Source: the human T2T-CHM13v2.0 reference genome, Homo sapiens
NCBI RefSeq assembly: GCF_009914755.1
Contig: NC_060940.1
Length of the DNA stretch: 64,000 nucleotides
Strand: one strand, 5' to 3'
Shown: in pieces, positions 55,380-64,000 of the stretch
Layout: each line of letters starts with the position of its first letter
Position numbering within the stretch: position 1 is the first letter of the stretch
Notes under the pieces: model-generated
The model's input: the letters and a program-made list of their open reading frames with translations, nothing else
Databases searched by the model: none
What the model was told of the DNA's origin: nothing
Position numbers and translations under genes: made by a program

Positions 55380-56639
55380 CCCTGTTCTCTCATTGGATGA
55401 CTCATGTTGACCTACTCATAATTCCAGCGGAGGGGGCACAAAGCAGTTAAGAGAGGCAGCAGTGAAAATGAGCGCTGCTCGTGTCCCATCCTATTACTGA
55501 AATAAACACCAATTCAAAACCAGCCATTCTAGCAGCGGCAGGCACCAGAAACACCCCGTGTGTCTGCAGGGAGTTGAATACAGCACACACACGGAAAGCT
55601 AAACCTTGCTGATGGGCACAGAGGTGAACCCAGGGGATGCTCGCAAAGGGCTAACCCCACGTGTCCCTACAATGGTGCATCTCCCGCGTGGTTAAACCCC
55701 ATCGTGCATGCCAAGGTAAAGTCCACTGGTGCCTCCGACACTGTTACCTGTAGTTTGTGGGGACAGAGCCTCTTTAATAAGTCGCTGGGAGAGGTGGAAA
55801 CTAAATCGGCCTATAAAAAAATTTAAGCAATGTTTCTCTCCAAACCATAAAGAGGCCCATTCCAACTGCGTTTTAACAGCTCTTATTTACCAACCCCCTC
55901 ACCACTCTCCGCAACAGTTCATTATTGTTGTCCTGATGAATACGAGACAAGTTAACCTCTGAATGGGTCCCCGGCAGTTGGAATAATAAATAAGGTCTCT
56001 CAGACACCCTTAGTGGGAGGATTGAAGGGGCCGGGCCGGGGCTCCTGGGCCCCCTTCTCGTGAAGCCTCAGGTCTCCCAGGGTCAGCGGCTGCAGTTCCA
56101 TTTGGCAATCCCAGAAAGCGCCTTTCAGGGCTGTGAGCTGGGGCCATTTTCACATTTACCGCTTCACCGAGTCCCCATCTGACGGGGATGAATAGGCATT
56201 TAGCGAATTTACTTAGCGATGCTTCCACATGAAATCGTCTCAAAAGATGACATCTTGGGGGAGGGAGGGTGGATGAGGAGGGGGCTGAGGTTTCCAGGCC
56301 CAGAGCTTTTGGGCAAAGCCGCCTTTCAAAGCCAAGCGCTGTGTGCTTGGCAAAGGATCCTGATGGATTGTCTGGAAGGGTGGGGCGGGGGGACCCCTGC
56401 CTACCCCCCTTGCTAGGGTCTCGGGCCCCTCGCTCTCCCTCTGTGTGAAATGCTTGCTCTGAATGCTAAAGCCCATCCCCCCAGTCCTTCTCCAAAGGGA
56501 GATGGAATTTGGCTGAGGACCAAATTCTCCTATTGTTGCTTTCAGACGCCTGTCGATAATTGCCTACATAATATTTAGTTCTCTCCAGATAATTAACAGC
56601 TTGCGATCTGTTGACATTTTACCCCGTTCCAGTTTCTCG

Positions 56640-56675
<36 letters not shown>

Positions 56676-56800
56676 CTCACACACGCTTCTCACTCTCTTT
56701 TTCTGGTGAAGTCATTTGCCAAATGGTTCCCATAGTTCATCTCTTGTATCTATCTCGTTATCAATTTCCTCCTACTTTTTGCTGAAATGATTAGAAATCA
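55380..56800. promoter_or_regulatory. Candidate intronic enhancer (repeat-free, CpG-retaining)
   Basis: No recognisable TE over ~1.4 kb. AP-1 ATGACTCAT at 55397 abuts ATTGG. FOX-like AATAAACA at 55501. (GC)n(CT)n tract at 56638-56672. Confidence 0.45.
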
Positions 56801-57097
56801 TGTCTCTTGGTCTATGCCAGTTCCTCTGCTTCCTGAGGATAACTGGGGCCTGTTGCTACCACCATGGGAGTCACTGGGAAGTCTCTGCTGAAATAAGTAA
56901 GAAATAAATGTTAAAATAAACTTACTGGGAGCCATATGAGAATCTTTTTCGAAATGAATAAAAAAATGAGTAATACAATAATCTCCCAAGTCCCAGCCAT
57001 TTACTAAATGTGCACCATGCCCTAGGCCATGGGGAAAGACTTTTGCCACATTTTATTGCATTTGATAGTCACAATGATGCTAAAAAATGTAAATTTT

Positions 57098-57396
57098 GGC
57101 TGGGTGTGGTAGCTCATGCCTGTAATTCCAGCACTTGGGGAGGCCGAGGCAGGTGGGTCACTTGAGGTCAGGAGTTTGAGACCAGCCCGGCCAACATGAT
57201 GAAACCCTGTCTCTACTAAAAATACAAACAAATTAGCCAGGTGTGGGCATGTACACCTGTAGTCCCAGCTACTCAGGAGGCTGAGGCTGGAGAATTGCTT
57301 GAACTTGGGAAGTGGAGGTTGCAGTGAACACAGATCGCTCCACTCCACTCCAGCCTGGGTGAAAGAGTGAGACTCTGTCTCAAAAAAAAAAAAAAA
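57098..57396 (+). mobile_element. AluS
   Basis: Dimer with A-tail. Confidence 0.95.
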
Positions 57397-58749
57397 GGAA
57401 TTTCACTTCACTCTCATTTTACGGACGGGCAACCGAGACTTAGATAAATCATCCATTTAGTAAAGTGCAGAACCAGAACTGGAACCTGGGGACAAATGTC
57501 ACAGCTTGTGTTCTCTACTACGAGACTGCCTCTACAAATGATAGTGAATGAACGAGTGAATGAATGAATGAATGTATTCCATTTCAAGTGCAGAAGAAAA
57601 AAAATACAGGCGCAATAATGTCTTCCTCTTCATAGCCTGGTCTGCAGCCCACTGCTATTAGAAATGCCATACTTCAGGCCCCACCCAATACCTATTGAGC
57701 AACAGAGCTCACACAATATCTATTGAGCAAAAATGTGTTTTCAAACAAGATTCCAGATGATGCATGTGCTCTTTAAAATTTCAGAAGCATTGCTGTAAGT
57801 CATGTATGACTATGAGTAGTTAATTCTCTGCTTTCCATCTTTATCTGCTCCTCATGGTTTCTTCTGGAGAACCCGGACTATGAATGAATTACTTTCATTT
57901 CAATACGCCTTAGGTCTTGAGAGTATTAAATAAAAACAATGCACCTAATATCTGTGCCACAGTACTTGGCATATAGTAATCCCCTGATAAATGTCAGCTA
58001 TTATATAATAGCATTATTATTACCATCTTGAACATCAGAAGCTTAAGACACCTTGAACTGTGGAAAACAGTGTAAAGACCCAACCTGATTTGAACTTGGA
58101 AGGCTTTCTGTGCATAAGACCCATGGAATGTTCTGCAGAGCATAGTTTAAGAGATGTCCAAGGCCCCTTCCTGGGGATTTGTCCAAGGTCCCTTCCCAGC
58201 TGGTGTCAGACTTAGGGACTGGCTCCCAGAGGGCCATGGCACCATTGTGTGTGTGTCTTATCTATATAACAGCTCTGGACATGAAGATATGAAGGAAGAG
58301 AGGGCAGAGTTCTCAGGTTCCCATAGCACCCAGGAGCCCAGGCTGTATGGAAAAGGTGCCCTGGGCACACAGAGGCACACAATGCCTGTTTGCTGGTGGC
58401 ATGTGACAAGAGATGAAGCCTGCTCAGCTTCCACTAGGAAGGAGCCCAACACAAAGCCAACTGCACCTCTCTGGGCTCCCGGTGCCCACCTGGCACTCAT
58501 GCCCCAGAACCCCTTCCCGACTGCAGGATACTGTCAAGGACCCTGCCAGAGGTGCTCACAGCCCAACGGTGAGGTGACAGGACTAAAGCCAAAGTTATAC
58601 GCAGGATTTTGTGAATGTCAGGATTCAGGATTTCAAACCTCTGATGCTGCCAGGTGTGCACAGAGCCCAGGGGACACTGGAGTAAGTCCTCCTGGACTGC
58701 AATGAACGACCCATTGTGGGGCAGAAACACACATGAAAGACTATGGGGA

Positions 58750-59036
58750 GGCCAGGCATGCCTGTAATCCCAGCACTGTGGGAGGCCAAGGCGGGTGGAT
58801 CATTTGAGGTCAGGAGTTAGAGACCAGCCTGACCAACATGGTGAAACCCCGTCTCTACTAAAAATACAAAAATTAGCCAGGTGTGGTGGCATGCGCCTGT
58901 GATCCCAGGCTGAGGCAGGAGAATCGCTTGAACCCAGGAGGTGGAGGTTGCAGTGAGGAGAGATCGCGCCACTGTACTCCCACCTGGAAAACAAGAGCGA
59001 AACTCTGTCTCAAAAAAAAAAAAAAAAAAAAAAAAA
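58750..59036 (+). mobile_element. AluS with small deletions
   Basis: TSD gaaagactatg. Confidence 0.93.
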
Positions 59037-59354
59037 GAAAGACTATGCTGGTGCATGAGGGACTGTGAAGTCAGGCAAGTTGAGGAAGTTGAGGGTTGAG
59101 GTGCTTTCAACCTAAGCTGAGAATAGACTACAACAGTGTTTCCCCAACTTCTGCTTCTAGTGTACCCATAATCTTTAAGTTATTTCATATGTCTATTTAA
59201 TTTAAATTCTACTTTAGCTTTATCTTATGCACCAATGTTTGTGATATTTGATGTCACAAATATTTTTTTTTTTTTGGAGACAGAGTCTTGCCATCTTAAC
59301 CATTTTTCTGAGATCAGACGAGGTTGGGTGTGTTCAGGGTGATATGTCTGTAGA

Positions 59355-59720
59355 CCATCTTAACCATTTTTCAGTGTACAGTTCAGTGGTACTGGATGGA
59401 TTCACATTGTTGTGCAACCATCACCAATATCCATCTCCAGAACTCTTTTCATCTTGCAAAACTGACACTCTCTACCTGTTAAATAATAATTCTCTATTTC
59501 TCTCTTCTATAGCCCCTGGCAACCCCCATTCTACTTCCTCTCTGCTATTTTAACTATTCTAGGTACCTGACATAAGTGGAATTGTACAGGATTTGTGTTT
59601 TGCTGGCTGACTTATTTAACTAGCACCATGTCCTCAAGGCTCATCCATATTGTATCATACCTTAGAATTTCTTTCCTTTTTAAGGCTGAATAATACTCTC
59701 TCATGTACCACCTGTATGTT
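59355..59720 (-). mobile_element. L1MB-type 3'UTR fragment
   Basis: ttcacattgttgtgcaaccatcacca..ctccagaactcttttcatcttgcaaaactga. Confidence 0.8.
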
Positions 59721-59809
59721 ATTTTTTTTCCTGTTACACATTAAAAACATTAACGACCACGTGTCTGTATACTTCTTAAATCAACTGGGCTACCAGAGGC
59801 ACATATGGA

Positions 59810-59918
59810 AGAGGTCAACTGTCCTGGTTTGCCCAGGACTGAGGGAGTTCCCACAACACAGGACTTTTAGTTTTAAAACTGGATGGTCCTGAGCAAATGA
59901 AGATGAGCTGGTGACCCC
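59810..59918. mobile_element. MER94 (hAT-Blackjack)
   Basis: caactgtcctggtttgcccaggactgaggg..gatgagctggtgaccc. Confidence 0.7.
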
Positions 59919-60371
59919 AGGCACATGGCTCCATTGAGGGCTGTGTAACCACAGGAGAAGTGCACACTCCACAGAGGCAAAAATCTCACCCTCCTGTGAT
60001 CAACCCAATGTATAGAAAACAAGATAATGGCAGGGCCTATTGTAACCCTTTCCTATGCCTTTAAAATCATTATGAAAGCTTAGATCACAGCAAGATAAAG
60101 ACTGAAATACCAGCAATAGCAACATCATCATCATCTAACACTTGAATGCCTCCTATGTGGTATTTGCATCTATTAACCCACTTAATCCTCATGACAACCC
60201 TAAGAGGTAGATGCTATTATATTTATATCCATTTGTTATTATATAAACGGGAACATGTATATACATGGATTTTTGTGTAATGACCTATGCTGCTTCTCTC
60301 ACTCATCAGCACGTACAGGCAGACTTCATCCTTTTAACGGTTGCACAGGATCCTATAGAATGGGCGTAGCC

Positions 60372-60712
<341 letters not shown>

Positions 60713-61481
60713 TTAGGTCATTTCCATTTTCTCCCCCTTACAACTACTGCTCCATTGAACACCCTTGAATAACTATCTTTTCACATGTGGGCATGATAGG
60801 TTTCTGTAGGATCAAATTTGCAGATATGGAATTGTTCACTCTAGGATTATTTTTCAGTCTTTAATTTCAGAAAGCAAACTACACGGAATGAGACTTCTCT
60901 AAGAATTGCCCAAGACTCACATCATTGCACAGAAACCAAGCCTGTGGCTGCCAGGAGCATGGGGAGGAAGAAGGAAATTGCAAAGGTGATGGAGTTGGGA
61001 TGTCTTGCAGAGCTGGCAGGCTCTTGGCTCCTCCAGCAGGCTGGTGGGGTTAAGCAGGGGCCTTCTGGGTTCCCCAAAGGACCAACCACCAGCGGACCCT
61101 GGAAAACAAAGGAGGCTCACATGGAGATGGAAAGGACCTTCTGTCAAGCAACGGGGTCAGGGCAGAACCATCCTCTCCCATGCCTGGAGCAGCTGCTGCA
61201 GCTGGTGCTCATCTGTCTGCCAACAGAACCAGCATCTGGACTATGGGGCAGCACCTCGGACAGTGCTTTTCAGGACCATGGCTGTAGTCCTGGGATGAGC
61301 AGGCATTGAGTCCAATTCCCATCTGTTCCTCCAGGACCTGACACATAGAAGGTGCTAAGTAAGTATTCACTGCTTAATGCAAGCCCAAGTAGAGGCCCGG
61401 TATGCAGGGTTCATCTCTGTGGCTTCTATGCTCAGCACAGACAGTACCTGCCCCATGGGAAGGGCTCAGTCCATCATTCAC

Positions 61482-61777
61482 TTTTTTTTTTTTTTGAGGT
61501 AGAGTCTCGCTCTGTCACCCATGCTGGAGTGCAGTGGCACGATCTCCGCTTACAGTAACCTCCACCTCCTGGGTTCGAGAGATTCTCCTGCTTCAGCCTC
61601 TTGAGTAGCTGGAATTATAGGCGTGCACCACAATGTCCAGCTATTTTTTTTTTTTTTGGTATTTTTAGTAGAGATGGGGTTTCGTCATGTTGGCCAGGCT
61701 GGTCCTGACCTCAGGTGATCTGCCTGCCTCAGCCTCCAAAGTGCTGGGACCACAGACATGAGGCCCTGTGCCTGGCC
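61482..61777 (-). mobile_element. AluS
   Basis: Reverse-complement dimer. TSD ccatcat(t/c)cactt. Confidence 0.92.
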
Positions 61778-62373
61778 CATCATCCACTTCTGTATCCACA
61801 TCTCTGCCCATTCCATACCCTCTGCCAGGAATGCTCCTCCCTACGTCTTTGCCCAATGAACTGGGGGGTGATTTGGGGGAAGGAATCCCAGAGTCAGGGT
61901 ACTCATGAGAAAATGCTTCATAATAACAATTGCAGAAAGATTTCCCTTTGTTGCTCACCAAGTGTTAAGTGCTCGTCCTCCTTAATTTTACAATACACAT
62001 CCAGGAGGTACTCATTTGCGGATGAATAAACTAGGACTGGAAGAGCCTTCACAGCTTGTGCCAGGTCTTATGAGTGGTGGAGGGGAGATGCAGACCTCAG
62101 TGCCCCAGGGCCAGAGCCTGAGCTGTTTTCAATCCCGCTTTCCCCGTGGTGAATAAGCTTCAGGAATGTGATCCATTTCTGTAGACAGAGGCAGGAAATA
62201 AACAGGAAACTGCAGCTGCCTTCTGAAGCCTACTACTTCCCTTCAAGGGGACTGTTGTTGAGTGCGAGTCGCACAACAGGAATTGATACAGGTAGAACCT
62301 CTGTTCAGGGTGTATGTCTTTTTCCTGTGCTCCTGTAAAATCTGAAGTCCAGTAAGTTTCCTCCTCCCCCTGC

Positions 62374-62867
62374 CTCATGAATGGATTCTAACCCATCCTT
62401 CCATCTCGTGAATGGATTCTAACCCATCCTTCCATCTCGTGAATGGGTTCTAACCCATCCTTCCATCTCGTGAATGGGTTCTAACCCATCCTTCCATCTC
62501 GTGAACGGATTCTAACCCATCCTTCCATCTCGTGAAGGGATTCTAACCCATCCTTCCATCTCGTGAACGGATTCTAACCCATCCTTCCATCTCGTGAATG
62601 GATTCTAACCCATCCTTCCATCTCGTGAATGGATTCTAACCCATCCTTCCATCTCGTGAACGGATTCTAACCCATCTTTCCATCTCGTGAATGGATTCTA
62701 ACCCATCCTTCCATCTCATGCATGGATTCTAACTCATCCTTCCATCTCGTGAATGGATTCTAATTCATCCTTCCATCTCATGCATGGATTCTAACTCATC
62801 CTTCCATCTCGTGCATGGATTCTAACCCATCCTTCCATCTCGTGAATGGATTCTAAACCATCTTTCC
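62374..62867. repeat. 31-bp minisatellite (VNTR candidate), ~16 copies
   Basis: Unit gtgaatggattctaacccatccttccatctc. Exact 31-bp period from 62378 to 62843. Confidence 0.97.
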
Positions 62868-63094
62868 CCACGGCTTATCTGGGGGAGGAGGAGACACTGC
62901 CAGTGCTCTCTCCTCCACACTCCAGACGGTTTATGCAAGGACCTTATTGACATCTTCTCACCCACTGGAAAAATCAGGGAAGTCCAGGGTTGCAGACCAA
63001 CAGTGAATAAAGGCCAAGTTCGGGACTTGCTGAAGAAGAGACAAGAGCAAAACAACTGGAAAAAAGGCAAATCCCTGATTCAAATGCAGTCAAA

Positions 63095-63562
63095 GCACAT
63101 GCACTTGTATGTTCACTGAAGCACTATTAACAATAGTAAAGACATGGGATCGATATAGGTGCCCGTTAATGGCGAACTGGATAAGGAAGATGCGGTACAT
63201 ACACACCATGGAACACTGTGCAGCCATCAAAAGAACAAAATCATGTCCTTTGCTGCAATATGGATGCAGATGGAGGCCACTGTCCTAAGTGAATTAACAG
63301 AGGAACAGAAAGCTAAATACCACATGTTCTCACTTATAAGTGGGAGCTAAAAATTGGGTTCTCACGGACATGAAAATGGGAACAAACACTGGGGACTACT
63401 AGAGAGGGAAGAGGAGGAGGGCAAAGGCTGAAAAATAACCTAGTGGGTACAATGCTCACTTACCTAGGTAATGGGGGCCTTCATACCCAAAACCTCAGCA
63501 TCACACAATATACCCCTGGAGCAAACCTGCACACGTACCCACTGAATCTAAAATAAAAGGTG
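63095..63562 (+). mobile_element. 5'-truncated L1 (L1PB4/L1PA16-like) 3' end
   Basis: ORF2 C-terminal remnant (63159..63350, FSLISGS) and 3'UTR ending aacctgcacacgtacccactgaatctaaaataaaag. Confidence 0.88.
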
Positions 63563-64000
63563 ACTTTTTTTTTTTAAAGTTTAAAAAGTAGTCCAAATTT
63601 ACAGAGACTTATTTTGCTAAGATACGGAGGAAAAGGTATGAAAAATGCTAAAGAGTATGTTTTCCTGGACTCCACAGGCATAATTCCAGCCACCATGAGC
63701 AACTGAGGAAAAGTGAACTGGATAAAATGCTGGCCCGGCCTCCAGGCTCCTCTTTACCTCGTCCTCCAGGAAGCAGCTGCAGGATCTTCCTAAAACATGA
63801 GTCTGACCATGTCACCCTTTGACTCAGTACCTTCAGCGGCTCTCCATCATCTGAAGGACAATGTCCTTACCCCTTGGCAAGGCATGCAAGGTTGTTTGTG
63901 ACCCGGCACTGCCTACTCAATCTTTGGAATTACTTGAAGTTTTCTAAATGTTCTGTGTTCTTTCATAACTCTAAGACTGTGCAAGCACTGTTTGGTCTCC

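Noticed and set aside
55424-55440. Additional CTCF-like AGGGGGC matches (also ~13025, ~14772)
   Set aside because: The 5' half of the motif does not fit.
58154-58705. Longest ORF in the track (183 aa, plus strand) as a novel antisense gene
   Set aside because: No recognisable domain, promoter or splice support, and length is plausible by chance in GC-balanced intron. PhyloCSF or Ribo-seq would be needed.
62374-62867. 31-bp periodic repeat as a CRISPR-like array
   Set aside because: Units are contiguous with no unique spacers, there are no cas genes, and the context is a primate intron. Ordinary minisatellite. The same applies to 8875-9116.

Overview
Primate (almost certainly human) genomic DNA: the 3' part of XYLT1 (xylosyltransferase I, GT14 family, which starts GAG-chain synthesis on proteoglycans), on the minus strand. 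Seven coding exons splice with canonical GT-AG sites and consistent phases: 53875-53795, 36399-36183, 33567-33391, 29745-29483, 22875-22680, 12982-12649 and 4029-3707. They total 1591 nt and end in ...[11 protein letters not shown]. From recall of the 959-aa human protein these are exons 6-12. The 81-nt exon 6 is missing from the supplied ORF track. Positions 1-3706 are probably 3'UTR. The rest is intron rich in Alu, L1, L2, MIR, LTR and DNA-transposon relics. I found no prokaryotic features, CRISPR, RNA genes or convincing second protein-coding gene, and no clearly new biological system. Best leads: (i) a miR-204-5p site in the 3'UTR with extensive 3' pairing; (ii) five short non-tandem direct duplications of different ages at 35.9-48.7 kb, one a near-perfect 179-bp copy; (iii) splice features, namely a NAGNAG acceptor, a weak-donor in-frame exon 6, the catalytic Glu codon at a donor, and inverted Alus around exon 7; (iv) nested TE structures with readable target-site duplications (TSDs); (v) two minisatellites and several repeat-free candidate enhancer/CTCF elements. 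Repeat subfamily names and boundaries come from recalled consensus sequences and are approximate. No database search was run.
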